Assembly: GCA_963774265.1 (NCBI GenBank)
Contig: CAVZDU010000006.1
Span: 192,001-256,000, forward strand
Direction: 5' to 3'
Length of the DNA: 64,000 nt
Source: an uncultured Chloroflexia bacterium
GTDB lineage: Bacteria > Chloroflexota > Anaerolineae > CG2-30-64-16
This document shows, piece after piece, positions 41,994 through 51,932 of this stretch. The notes beneath the pieces were generated by a model that was not told where the DNA came from, did not search any database, and was given only the letters and a program-made list of their open reading frames with translations. The position numbers and the translations under genes were made by a program. How positions within the stretch are numbered: the first letter of the stretch is position 1; each line of letters starts with the position of its first letter.

Positions 41994-42941
41994 TCAATCA
42001 CGACTGTCTGCGACGTCGTTGTGCTTGTTCCGCACTTCCGGATGTCCACCGGCGAGCAGCGCACCGTGAGCAACTTGCATGGAGATGAATTGCAGAAACT
42101 CCTGCGCACCATACTTTGAATCAAAAGATCCCTGTACTCTGTCTCCGTTCGAAAACTCGATCTGAACCTCGTACTTCCGAAACTCGCCTGAGCCTTCGTA
42201 AATGCTGTGCTGATCGAGAAAGCGCAGGGCGGCCTCGATTGTCGCAAACTGGGAGCTGCGTCCGTACAGCGGAACAACGAGCACACGATCAACATTCCGA
42301 CCAAGCCGGTGATTGAGCGCTGCAAAGAAGTGGTTGATCTGCTCCTGGTTCGCCAGAATAAGTCGCTCCTTGATGCTATCCACCACACTCTCTGGTGCAC
42401 TTTCGATGTAGTCCGCGGACGCCCGAAACGCCTCATCAGGAGTGTCTTCATCGAAATGGATGTCGATCCCCTCCGCCTCGAAGGCAGTCACGAAGGTCTC
42501 GTATGGGAAATAGAGGACGTGAAACCCAAGCGATCGGAGCTGCTCTATCGAACCCTCAGTGAAGACTCCTGCCAGTACTGTGCCGATAAAAGGATTATTC
42601 CATCGATATTTCTCGGCCAGCGGGAGAATGGCTCCCTGGATCTCCTGTGCCTTGTTCCGCGAGTGCTTGGTGTAGCGTCTCCAGGCCACCTCGATGAACG
42701 CAACCGGCTGTCCCACGACCTCATCAGAGCCATCTCGTTCGATGACGAAATCGAGGTCGTGCGTATTACCGTAGTGATCTTGCCATGCAACCTTGCGCCC
42801 ACGACGGGCCGAACGATCTCGACCTTGGTGATCGAGATAAAGCCCGTGCTGCTGGCAGAATGCTTCGAGCTGCGGCCTGACCACTGACTCCAGAAGCCCA
42901 CCGATGACCTGTCCGAACTTGTGCGCCGGTGACTCAGCCAT
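41994..42941 (-). CDS. Putative type II restriction endonuclease (PD-(D/E)xK-like)
   Basis: HDLDFVIE...FIEVAWRRYTKHSRNK; 2 bp downstream of a DNA methyltransferase; more AT-rich than flanks. Confidence 0.65.
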   Translation of the reverse strand: MAESPAHKFGQVIGGLLESVVRPQLEAFCQQHGLYLDHQGRDRSARRGRKVAWQDHYGNTHDLDFVIERDGSDEVVGQPVAFIEVAWRRYTKHSRNKAQEIQGAILPLAEKYRWNNPFIGTVLAGVFTEGSIEQLRSLGFHVLYFPYETFVTAFEAEGIDIHFDEDTPDEAFRASADYIESAPESVVDSIKERLILANQEQINHFFAALNHRLGRNVDRVLVVPLYGRSSQFATIEAALRFLDQHSIYEGSGEFRKYEVQIEFSNGDRVQGSFDSKYGAQEFLQFISMQVAHGALLAGGHPEVRNKHNDVADSRD

Positions 42942-42943
42942 GC

Positions 42944-44287
42944 CTATCCTTCAATCCATAGAAGTCCCTCTTTTAGCGGGACCCGATGTTTGCGATTCTT
43001 CCATTTGATATTCCGGTCGCGCAGTTTCTCAAAGCGATAGCCCCCAAATCCGGCAGCCAGAGCCAGTTCGCCGATCCATCTTTCTATGGGCGCGTAGACC
43101 CCATAAGGCGCCGAGTCGCCGATGACCCAACACATGTGGGACCCTGGTCGGCACACTCCGCGGAGTTGTCGCAGCACTTGGGCGATATCGCGACAGTACG
43201 CCGCGACCATCGTGTGATAGTGCTTCTTTCCTCCGTGTTCTTCCCGAACGGATGCCAATTCAGCGGCGACACAAGCCAACTCCGCTCGAATGGGTGCAAC
43301 TTCGTCCACGTTGAGGAGATCATCAAGCACAAATCGCTCACACGACGAGTGCTGCGATGACGAGACAATCAGGTATTTCCTGACCTTGTCGTGTATATCA
43401 CCCCAGCCTGTCACTTCGCCCCAGAAGGTCATTTCGAACCGCAGCGCGTCGGCGTAGTCGTAGTTATTCGCATAGGGCGGCGAAGTTATGACAGCATCCA
43501 CCTGCTGGGTCACAAAGTCACTCAGGCTTCTTGCATCACCCCAAAACAACTCCGCCATCGGACTGCTGGCGCGTGCCTGCATCAATCGCATATCCGCCTT
43601 CATCATTTCCAACTGCTGCTGAAAGGCAAGCTGAGGAGCGACGATTTTGCTCTTGGTCTTGTTTGGGAGGATATACTGCCATTGAGCAGTCCCCGCCCTG
43701 GAGGTTGGACGCAGGATTGCAGTGATTGCCAACCAAACAAGTTCGGCTTCTGGCGAGTTGTCATTCAGGGCGAACCAGGCAGACTTGAGACCATCAAGCA
43801 CAGCCAGCGTGTCCGCGTCGAAACTTCTTTGAACGAGCAAAGGGTATGCTGAGGATTCGCACTCCACAATCCGGGCCCGCTTGGTGATCTCATTCGCAAA
43901 ACGAACGAATCGATCAACCGGGGTGTTCCAGGATAGCTTCGTCTTGCAGATGCGCGCAACCATCGAATGGGCCTCGACGCCTACGCTTCTGATGCCACGG
44001 CCGTCGCACACTACCGGCACCGTGCCCGATCCGGCGAAAGGATCGAGGACCACCTGTCCTGGCCTGACGCGCCAATCATCCAGCACCTGCCCGACCCATT
44101 CGGCCGCGAACCCCGCAGAGTAACGAAACCACCGGTGGACAGGCAACGCCATGTTGTCCACAAAGGTGCCTGATCTGGCGGCTTTCAGATCTAGCGCTTC
44201 GGGAGTAGCAATTGATGGTTCATTGAAGAATGAAAGCTGCAAGTGCAAATCCTCTTGTCCGATGAACAGATCACGGCAGCAGTGCAA
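42944..44287 (-). CDS. DNA amino-methyltransferase (SPPY, likely m4C), start uncertain
   Basis: HRWFRYSAGF, motif I LDPFAGSGT, motif IV ITSPPY, VIGDS. Confidence 0.85.
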   Translation of the reverse strand: MHCCRDLFIGQEDLHLQLSFFNEPSIATPEALDLKAARSGTFVDNMALPVHRWFRYSAGFAAEWVGQVLDDWRVRPGQVVLDPFAGSGTVPVVCDGRGIRSVGVEAHSMVARICKTKLSWNTPVDRFVRFANEITKRARIVECESSAYPLLVQRSFDADTLAVLDGLKSAWFALNDNSPEAELVWLAITAILRPTSRAGTAQWQYILPNKTKSKIVAPQLAFQQQLEMMKADMRLMQARASSPMAELFWGDARSLSDFVTQQVDAVITSPPYANNYDYADALRFEMTFWGEVTGWGDIHDKVRKYLIVSSSQHSSCERFVLDDLLNVDEVAPIRAELACVAAELASVREEHGGKKHYHTMVAAYCRDIAQVLRQLRGVCRPGSHMCWVIGDSAPYGVYAPIERWIGELALAAGFGGYRFEKLRDRNIKWKNRKHRVPLKEGLLWIEG

Positions 44288-44511
44288 TCATGATGATGAT
44301 ACCACAGGTAGTCGCGGGGGAGTAGTCTTTTCGGGTTGAAGGTGGTGTATCCCTTCGGTGGAAATGTGCGGTGGAGCGTGAATCTGGTAAGGTACAGGCT
44401 GTAGCACTGCCACCTTAAGACCTTGGGGCTGCGCACGCTTTGCGAATGGCTGTACCAACTGCAAGACCTGATACCCGGTGCGGTACAATATCACCACGCG
44501 AGGAGCCGAAA

Positions 44512-46347
44512 ATGAGCGACCCCATCATCACCGAAGCAGCCGTCCGCAGCCTGACCACACCGGAGAGCTTCAGCCGCGGAGAGGAGTACTACCGTTCCGG
44601 CCGCGTAAGCGACATCGAGCGCCGGGGCAACGTACTGCGCGCTGAAGTCGAGGGCAGCAGCTACGAGCCGTACCAGGTGACGATCGAGCTGGACGACAGC
44701 GGCATCGTCACCGCCGATTGCTCCTGTCCCTACGATTGGGGCGGCTGCTGCAAGCACATCGTGGCGGTGCTGCTCACCCACATCCGCAATCGAGAGGAGA
44801 TCGCCGAGCGGCCGCCCCCTGATGCACTACTAGCCGGCCTGGACGCGGAGACGCTCCGCGGCCTGCTGAGCAGCCTGCTCGCCGTGCGCGGCGAGCTCAT
44901 CCCCTGGGTCGAGACACAAATTGCGCTTCGGACCGCAAGAAGCCAGCCCGCCGCGCCGTCCCCAGCCCAGGCGCCAGCCAAACCGCCTCGGTCGCCCGTA
45001 GACACGAACGCCATCCGACGTCAAGTGCGCTACCAGATGCGTGGCAGCGACGACTACTATGCGGGTGGGGCGGTGAGCGGCCTGAACAACATCCTGGCGC
45101 AGGCGGTCCAGGCGTTGGACGCGAATGACGGGGAGAACGCCCTGGCCATCACAGCCACCATCGCCGAGGAGACCATCCCCGGCTGGGAGGAATACGACTC
45201 CGACGGCGAGTTTGGCGAGTGGTTCAGCCGGTTGGGCGCGGTCATCGCCGAGGCGCTGCTGACCGCGGACCTGCCACCCGCGGTGCGCAAGGCGTGGACG
45301 CCACGCCTGGAGAAGTGGCAGGCCGAGCTGGACGACTACGGCGTGGATGATGCCTTCGACGCGGCGCTGTGCGCAGCCGAGTATGGCTGGGACTACGCGC
45401 CGCTGCAGCGTGCCGCGCAAGGTGAGGCTCTGCCCGACGAGGTGTCCGACGATGCGCTCGGTGAAGAGGAGATCGAGGACGAGATCGATGAAGAAGGCGA
45501 TGACGAGGAGCCGTGGTTCGCAGACGAGCTGACGGAGGCGTGGCTCAACGTGCTCGAACGCCAGGGCCGGACGGCTGAATTCCTCAACCTCGCGCGTGCT
45601 AAAGGGCGGATCTCGCGCTATCTGACCGTGCTGGTGAAGGCCAACCGGGTGCAGGAGGCCATTGATTACGGCCTGAACCGGTCCCTGACCCCGTCCGACG
45701 CGTTGGCACTGGCGAAGGTGTTGCGGGAACACGGCGAACATCGCGCCGCCGTGCGCGTTGCCGAGCACTGCCTGGAACGAGGAGGACCGCAGGCCCACGA
45801 GCTGGCCGTCTGGCTGCGACAGGCCGCGACCGCATTGGGCGATGCATCGCTGGCGTTCCGGGCCGCGCGCCGCGCGTTCAGGGAGTCTACCGACCTGGCG
45901 GATTACCTGGCGGTGCAGGCGGCCGCAGGCGAAGGCTGGGCGGCGCTGCGAGCGGGACTGCTGCGAGAGCTCAGCGGGCGGACCTTCGCCTGGATCAGCG
46001 GACCGATCGACATCTACTTGCACGAAGGGCTGGTGGACGACGCGGTCAAACTGGTGGGTAGCCAGTCCGACGTGGACTACGCCACCCTGGCCCGCGTGGC
46101 GGACGCGGCCGTCGCATCACATCCCGATTGGGTCATCCGCAAGTGCCGGCGGCAGGCCGAGTCGATCATGGATGCAGGCCAGTCGAAGTACTACGGTCAC
46201 GCTCTCGATTGGCTAGAGAAGGTCAAGCGTGCCCACCTGGCCGCCGGCCGCGCAAAAGAGTGGCGCGCATACTGCGAAGGTTTGATCACCAAGCACGGGC
46301 GGAAGTACAGGCTGGTCCCAGGACTAAGAGAGTTGATAAGGGAATAA
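44512..46347 (+). CDS. SWIM zinc-finger family protein
   Basis: AEVEGSSYEPY.V, CSCPYDWGGCCKHIVAVLL; helical C-terminus. Confidence 0.85.
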   Translation: MSDPIITEAAVRSLTTPESFSRGEEYYRSGRVSDIERRGNVLRAEVEGSSYEPYQVTIELDDSGIVTADCSCPYDWGGCCKHIVAVLLTHIRNREEIAERPPPDALLAGLDAETLRGLLSSLLAVRGELIPWVETQIALRTARSQPAAPSPAQAPAKPPRSPVDTNAIRRQVRYQMRGSDDYYAGGAVSGLNNILAQAVQALDANDGENALAITATIAEETIPGWEEYDSDGEFGEWFSRLGAVIAEALLTADLPPAVRKAWTPRLEKWQAELDDYGVDDAFDAALCAAEYGWDYAPLQRAAQGEALPDEVSDDALGEEEIEDEIDEEGDDEEPWFADELTEAWLNVLERQGRTAEFLNLARAKGRISRYLTVLVKANRVQEAIDYGLNRSLTPSDALALAKVLREHGEHRAAVRVAEHCLERGGPQAHELAVWLRQAATALGDASLAFRAARRAFRESTDLADYLAVQAAAGEGWAALRAGLLRELSGRTFAWISGPIDIYLHEGLVDDAVKLVGSQSDVDYATLARVADAAVASHPDWVIRKCRRQAESIMDAGQSKYYGHALDWLEKVKRAHLAAGRAKEWRAYCEGLITKHGRKYRLVPGLRELIRE

Positions 46348-46483
46348 TAAGCGCGCAAAATGTGAGGCGCGCACTTCTCGATGCATGGCTGCGACAGCGT
46401 AAGCCCAGGCGATGCTACCTTTGCGGTATCGCGCCTGCACGTGCATTCATGGCTTCGCCCCTGCGATAGCCTCATTCTGCTCT

Positions 46484-48851
46484 TCAGAACGCGGCGTGCT
46501 CTGTCCTCGCGATGATCTCGTCCTGCAACGCCACGCTCAGGTCGCAGAAGTAGTCGCTGTAGCCGGCCACGCGCACGATCAGGTCGCGGTGTTGCTCGGG
46601 ATGGGCCTGTGCGGCGCGCAGGGTCTCGACGTCCACGACGTTGAACTGGATGTGGTGGCCGTCCAGCCGGAAGTAGCTGCGGATGAGCTGCGTCAGCTTG
46701 TCCAGCCCCTCGTCGTTCGCCAGCAGTTGCGGCGTGAACTTCTGGTTGAGCAGCGTGCCGCCGGTGCGGACGTGATCCATCTTCGCGGCGGATTTGATGA
46801 CCGCGGTGGGGCCGTGGCGGTCGGCGCCCTGCACGGGGGAGATGCCTTCGGAGAGCGGCGTGTGTGCCCGGCGGCCGTCCGGCGTCGCGCCGATCACCGA
46901 GCCGAAGTAGACGTGGCAGGTGGTCGGCAGCATGTTCAGGTGATACGTGCCCCCGCGGGTGTTCTTCCGGCCGTCGATCAGGTCGAAGAACGCGTTGAAG
47001 ACAGCGCACCATGATGCGCGTCGGCCGCGTCGTCGTCGTTGCCGTAGCGCGGGGTGCGGTTGAGCAGTAGCTGGCGCTCCCGCTCGTAGCCGGCGAAGTC
47101 AGCGTCGAGCGCTGCCAGCAAATCCGCCATCGTCAGGTCTTGCCGCTCGAAGACGTGGTGCTTGATCGCGGACAGCGCGTCGGTGATCGTGCCGATGCCG
47201 ACACCCTGGATGTAGGTGGTGTCGTAGCGCGGGCCGCCATCGTGGTAGTCGCGGCCTTTCGCAATGCAGTCGTCGATCAACGTGGACAGGAACGGCGCGG
47301 GCATGTAGGTCGCGTACAGCCGCTCGATGACGCTGTTCCCGCGCACCTTGATCTCGACGAAGTAGCGCATCTGCGCCAGGAACGCGGCGAAAAGGTCCTC
47401 GAACGTGACGAAGGACGTCGCGATCGCCGGTCCGCGGGCCAAGCTGCCGGCCCGTCCGCGGGTCAACTCCGTCGTGCAAAGCCAGTTCCAGCATCTTCGG
47501 GATGTTGAAGTAGCCGGCGAGGATGTACGCCTCCTTGCCGAACGCGCCCACCTCGACGCAGCCGCTGGAGCCGCCGTCCCGCGCATCCTCCACGCACTTG
47601 CCCATCCGCACCAGTTCCTGCACGATCAGGTCCGCGTTGAAGACCGACGGCTGGCCGAATCCGGTGCGGATAATCTTACCCGCGCGCTTGATGAACCGGT
47701 CGGGGTTCTTGCGGCTGACCTGGATGGACGAGCTCGGCTGGAGCAGCCGCATGTCTTCGATCACGTCGAGCATCAGGTAGGTCACATCGTTGACGCCGTC
47801 CGAGCCATCCGCCATGATGCCGCCCGCGTTGATCTGCGCGAAGTCGGTGTAGGTGCCGCTCTCGGCCGCAGTCACGCCCACCTTGGGCGGCGCGGGCTGG
47901 TTGTTGAACTTGATCCAGAAGCACTGGAGCAGCTCTTCGGCCGCGTCATGCGTCAGCGTCCCGTCAGCCAGCCCCTGCCGGTAGAACGGGACCAGATGCC
48001 GGTCGAGGTGGCCGGGGCAGAACGCGTCCCAGGTGTTCAGCTCGGTGGTGACGCCCAGGTGGACGAACCAGTAGGCCTGCAGCGCCTCCCAGAAATCGCG
48101 CGGCGCGTGCGCGGGCACGCGGGTGCACACCTCGGCGATGCGCTCCAGCTCGGCCTGGCGCGCCGGAGTCAGCCTCGCCCGCGGCCAATTCGCGCGCCTT
48201 CTCCGCGTGCCGCTCCGCGAAGCGGATCACCGCGTCCGCGGCGATGCGCATGGCCTTGAGCTCCTCGCCCCTGGCGTACGCGTCGCGGTCGGCCGCGTAG
48301 TCGAGCCTTGCCAGACTGGCGTCGATGTCAGCCTGGAAGTCGCGAAGGCCGCGGCGGTAGATCTTGTCGTCCAGCACGGTGTGGCCCGGCGCGCGCTGCT
48401 CCATGAACTCGGTGAAGATGCCGGCCTCGTACGCGGCGATCCACTCGTCGGTCATCTCCGCAAAGAGCCGCTCGCGCATGGTCTTGCCCTGCCAGAACGG
48501 GATGATCTGCTTCTCGTAGACCTGCCGCGTTTCGGGGCTGACCTTGAACGGGATCTTCTCGCGCGAATCCAGGATGTCCAGGTCGCTGAGGGTGTGGCAG
48601 CACAGCTCCGGATAGGTGGGCGTGGCCTTGGGCGCCGGGCCCTTCTCGCCGACGATCAGCTCGCCGTCGCCGATGGTGATCGTCCGATGCTCGATCACGT
48701 GACGTAACGCCAGGGCTCGGCGCATGGGCGCGGAGAGCAGACCATCGTGCAGGCGGTACGCTTCAGTCATCAGGACCGCGCGCTCGGCCGAGATGGTGGG
48801 GATCGCGTCCAGGCTCTGCTGGCGTAGTGCGGCAACACGCGGGGTGATCAT
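46484..48851 (-). CDS. hypD: Glycyl radical enzyme, probably trans-4-hydroxy-L-proline dehydratase (frameshifted)
   Basis: Gly loop LIVRVAGYS, Cys loop SGCVE, plus EFMEQRAPGH, WDAF, TYTDF and MLPTTCH segments matching HypD as I recall it; split across ORFs 47964-48857, 47099-48130, 46978-47586, 46484-46933. Confidence 0.8.
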
Positions 48852-48878
48852 TCGCAACTTCTCCTCATGAGCAACATC

Positions 48879-49490
48879 TCAGATTTCGACACCGTCCCAT
48901 TCGACACAGCGCAGGCCATCCGGCCCCGGTTCCGCAACAAGGCACGTGGTATTGACGAACCCGTGTTTCGCCATCAGCTCATTGTCTACGTTCGTCAGCA
49001 CCAGCGGCAGCATCATCCAGAGAACGCCGCCGTGCGCCACACAAAGGAGGTTCGCATCGGTGTCGCCGTATTGGGTCACAAGGCCCTCCACAAACGGCAC
49101 GAAGCGGTCCCGAATGTCCAAGAAGCTTTCGCCGCCCTCGATGCGCCGCTCCCACCGTTTGTGAATCACCCAATCGTCAAACAGCGCCTGCCACATCTGC
49201 CAGCCGACCTCATCGGCCCTGCCTTCGGCGATGCCGCAGTCATATTCAGCCAGGCCGTCCACTACCTCGTAATCCACACCCAGCCGGTTGGCGATGATGA
49301 TGCTGGTTTCGATGGCGCGCAGCATGGGGCTGGAGTAGATTCGCGTGAGGGCGCGATCCTGAAGCTTATCGGCCAACGCTGCTGCCTGCTCTCGGCCCCT
49401 GTGCGTCAGGGGATGCGTCAGCCCGCGATTGGAAATCTGGCGAAGCACGTTGGCATGGCTTTCTCCATGCCGGGTGAAATAGATCCTCAA
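48879..49490 (-). CDS. Histidine phosphatase (phosphoglycerate mutase-like) family protein
   Basis: TRHGES, YSSPMLRAIET, GGES, VAHGG. Confidence 0.9.
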   Translation of the reverse strand: MRIYFTRHGESHANVLRQISNRGLTHPLTHRGREQAAALADKLQDRALTRIYSSPMLRAIETSIIIANRLGVDYEVVDGLAEYDCGIAEGRADEVGWQMWQALFDDWVIHKRWERRIEGGESFLDIRDRFVPFVEGLVTQYGDTDANLLCVAHGGVLWMMLPLVLTNVDNELMAKHGFVNTTCLVAEPGPDGLRCVEWDGVEI

Positions 49491-49501
49491 GGTAATCGTC
49501 C

Positions 49502-50389
49502 CTATTCTACATATTCTCGCACGATGTCCGCAAGCTGCGCCATCCGTGCTTCGGACAATGGACGGGCGCCGGCCAACGCGTACGGCCGGTTCATCCGCGC
49601 GTATTTGTCCGCAGCGGTCGCGTGATACGGCAGCAGATCAATTCCCTCCACCCGCGGGAGCGACGCGGCAAACGCGGCGATCTGCAGGATGCTTGCATCA
49701 TCGTCGTTGACGCCAGGGATCACCGGCACCCGGATGCGGATCGCATGGCCGTGTTCCGACAGCGCCCGCAGGTTCGCGAGGATCGGGCCGACCGGCGCGC
49801 CGGTGACCTCGCGGTGCCGCGCGTCGTCCATCTGCTTCAGGTCGTACAGAAAAAGGTCGACATACCGCCGAACCTGGTCCAGCGCACCCCACGATGCGAA
49901 GCCACAGGTGTCCAGCGCAGTGTGAATCTCCCGCGCCTTGCACGCCCGCAGCAGCGACAGGGTGAACTCCCGCTGCGCCAGCGGCTCCCCGCCCGTCAGG
50001 GTGACGCCGCCGCCGGACTCGTCGTAGAACGCGACATCGCGCAGGATCTCGGCCAGGACCGCGTCGACCGTCACCTCGCGACCGATGCGCTCTCGCGCAT
50101 CAGCAAAGCAAGCTGCCGCGCACACCCCGCACCGCTCGCACCGGTCCCAGTCGGTGACAGGGCGATCCCCGACCCACGTGATCGCGTCCTCGGGGCACGC
50201 CTCGACGCACGCGCCGCAGCGGATGCAGCGGCTTTCGCGCACGATCATCTCCGGCTCGAGCGACTGACTTTCGGGGTTGTGGCACCAGGCGCAGCGCAGG
50301 GGGCATCCTTTCAGGAAGACCGCGGTGCGGATGCCGGGGCCGTCGTGAATGGAGTATTTGCGAATGTCGAAGATCGTTCCAGTGATCAT
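49502..50389 (-). CDS. Glycyl-radical enzyme activating protein (radical SAM with ferredoxin insert)
   Basis: HDGPGIRT.VFLKGCPLRCAWCHNPES; two CxxCxxCxxxC; GGVTLTGGEP. Confidence 0.92.
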   Translation of the reverse strand: MITGTIFDIRKYSIHDGPGIRTAVFLKGCPLRCAWCHNPESQSLEPEMIVRESRCIRCGACVEACPEDAITWVGDRPVTDWDRCERCGVCAAACFADARERIGREVTVDAVLAEILRDVAFYDESGGGVTLTGGEPLAQREFTLSLLRACKAREIHTALDTCGFASWGALDQVRRYVDLFLYDLKQMDDARHREVTGAPVGPILANLRALSEHGHAIRIRVPVIPGVNDDDASILQIAAFAASLPRVEGIDLLPYHATAADKYARMNRPYALAGARPLSEARMAQLADIVREYVE

Positions 50390-50474
50390 GCCCCTCGTTC
50401 CCTCGCACTTGCTGGTCCGGCATTGTAGCACAGTTCACCGGATCGCGGAATTGCGTCACAATCTTTTTTGACAC

Positions 50475-50503
50475 TTGACATGCCCCTTAGCCGGATATAG
50501 ACT
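50475..50503 (+). promoter_or_regulatory. Sigma70-type promoter for the EAD operon
   Basis: TTGACA (50475)-17 bp-TAGACT; a second TTGACA lies at 50468. Confidence 0.6.
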
Positions 50504-50638
50504 ATAGCTACATTGGCCCGGTTGGGCCCAGTCAGGAACGCCGCTATTGCAGTCTGCCGATCGGATTCGATGACCGTACCCTGGCGCCGGCGTAGGTGAT
50601 CCAGGCTGGTGGCAACCTATTGATGGAGGCGTGAACTA

Positions 50639-51262
50639 ATGCAACTCACTCCGCCTGAACTGAAATCCTTGACCGAAGTCTTGCTGAACTCCTTTCCCTC
50701 GCGCTCGGCGCTGGCCCAAATGGTCAGCTACCAGCTTGGCGCGAATCTCGACGACATTTCCAGTTCTGCCACAGACCCGTATGCCACCGTTTATGAGCTG
50801 GTCTGGTGGGCCGAAAAAACGGGAAATACCGCCGCACTCATCCGTGCGACGCAGCAGTGGACTCAAAGCTCCGAGATTTCTAAATTCGTGGACTCTCTCC
50901 CGCGGTCGACACGACAAGATGAGAAGACCATTCCGGCCTCATCACCCAGGCTGACCGCGCCCTTGCGCCGGGCTCTGGTTGATTCGCTGCTGCTGATCCC
51001 TGAGATCGAAAACTTCGAGGTTCGCAGTGCGCTCCTGATCGGCATCCCGTGGCGGTCCAGCCTGTCACGCGGTTTGGAGGATGTACGTTCCGACCTGGAG
51101 ACGATGGTTGACCAGTTGGGCTCTTTGGGACAGCTCAAGTCGGGTGCATGGCCGCTCCTGATCCTGGCCGATAATGCGCGGGCGTATGCCACGGGCACGG
51201 AGGCTGAAGTGCGGCTGGAAAAAGTCTACAAGCGGCTGCTGACCTTCTACCAGGCGAAGTAG
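50639..51262 (+). CDS. EAD1 + EAD-X (EAD8/EAD2-like) two-domain adaptor #1
   Basis: N-terminus MQLT..ELK.L.E.LL.SFPSRSALAQMV..QLG.NLDDI...VYELVWWAEKTG fits EAD1; C-terminal ~100 aa shared with the next three ORFs. Confidence 0.7.
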   Translation: MQLTPPELKSLTEVLLNSFPSRSALAQMVSYQLGANLDDISSSATDPYATVYELVWWAEKTGNTAALIRATQQWTQSSEISKFVDSLPRSTRQDEKTIPASSPRLTAPLRRALVDSLLLIPEIENFEVRSALLIGIPWRSSLSRGLEDVRSDLETMVDQLGSLGQLKSGAWPLLILADNARAYATGTEAEVRLEKVYKRLLTFYQAK

Positions 51263-51291
51263 GTGCGTGTGGTTGCGGAGAGTGAAAACCC

Positions 51292-51912
51292 ATGGTCGAG
51301 CTTACTTTTCGAGAGGGTGTAAAGCTGCGGAGATCTCTGCGTTCCGCCTTCCGCTCTCGCTCGGCATTGGCGCAGGTGATCTTCGACCAGTTGCATGAGG
51401 ATCTGGGGCAGATCACCGGGAATGAGGACTATGGTGAAGTGCTGGTCAAGCTGATCGTGTGGGCGGAGGTCAACGGTCGCACTGCCGATCTCATCCGTGG
51501 TGCGCGCACAGGGAATCCTGGCGACGACTTGCTAAGCGAATTCGAGATCGAATACCAGGCGCGACGCCATAGCGCCGGTGGGGTTCCCGGGCTCCCGCCG
51601 CGTGTTCTCACTCAGCCACTGCGCCAACAACTCGTAGATGCGGTTCTACTGATTCCGGCATCCGACACCTATGACGGACGCTCGGCGTTCTTGCTGGGCC
51701 TGCCCGCACCGCCGAGCCGCAATCCTAACAACGCACGAGCCGACCTCGATACGATCTTCGCGCAACTCGATGGGCTGGGGCGGTTGGATTCGGGTCAATG
51801 GCCGCTGCTTCTGGTCATCGACAATATCTTGCCCTATCCCCAGGGTTATGCGGTTCACGGTGTCATCAGCAATGTCAAACAAGCCCTGGAACAGGCCTAC
51901 AGCGCCTGCTGA
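51292..51912 (+). CDS. EAD1 + EAD-X two-domain adaptor #2
   Basis: AFRSRSALAQV...LIVWAEVNG...LIRGARTGNPGDDLL (EAD1-like) plus the shared C-terminal domain. Confidence 0.7.
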   Translation: MVELTFREGVKLRRSLRSAFRSRSALAQVIFDQLHEDLGQITGNEDYGEVLVKLIVWAEVNGRTADLIRGARTGNPGDDLLSEFEIEYQARRHSAGGVPGLPPRVLTQPLRQQLVDAVLLIPASDTYDGRSAFLLGLPAPPSRNPNNARADLDTIFAQLDGLGRLDSGQWPLLLVIDNILPYPQGYAVHGVISNVKQALEQAYSAC

Positions 51913-51932
51913 CACGCGCCCGGGAGCGTCCG

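Noticed and set aside
44288-44511. Possible ncRNA, control (C) protein or gene remnant upstream of the MTase
   Set aside because: Short ORFs lack HTH or other recognisable motifs, and no convincing structure was seen.
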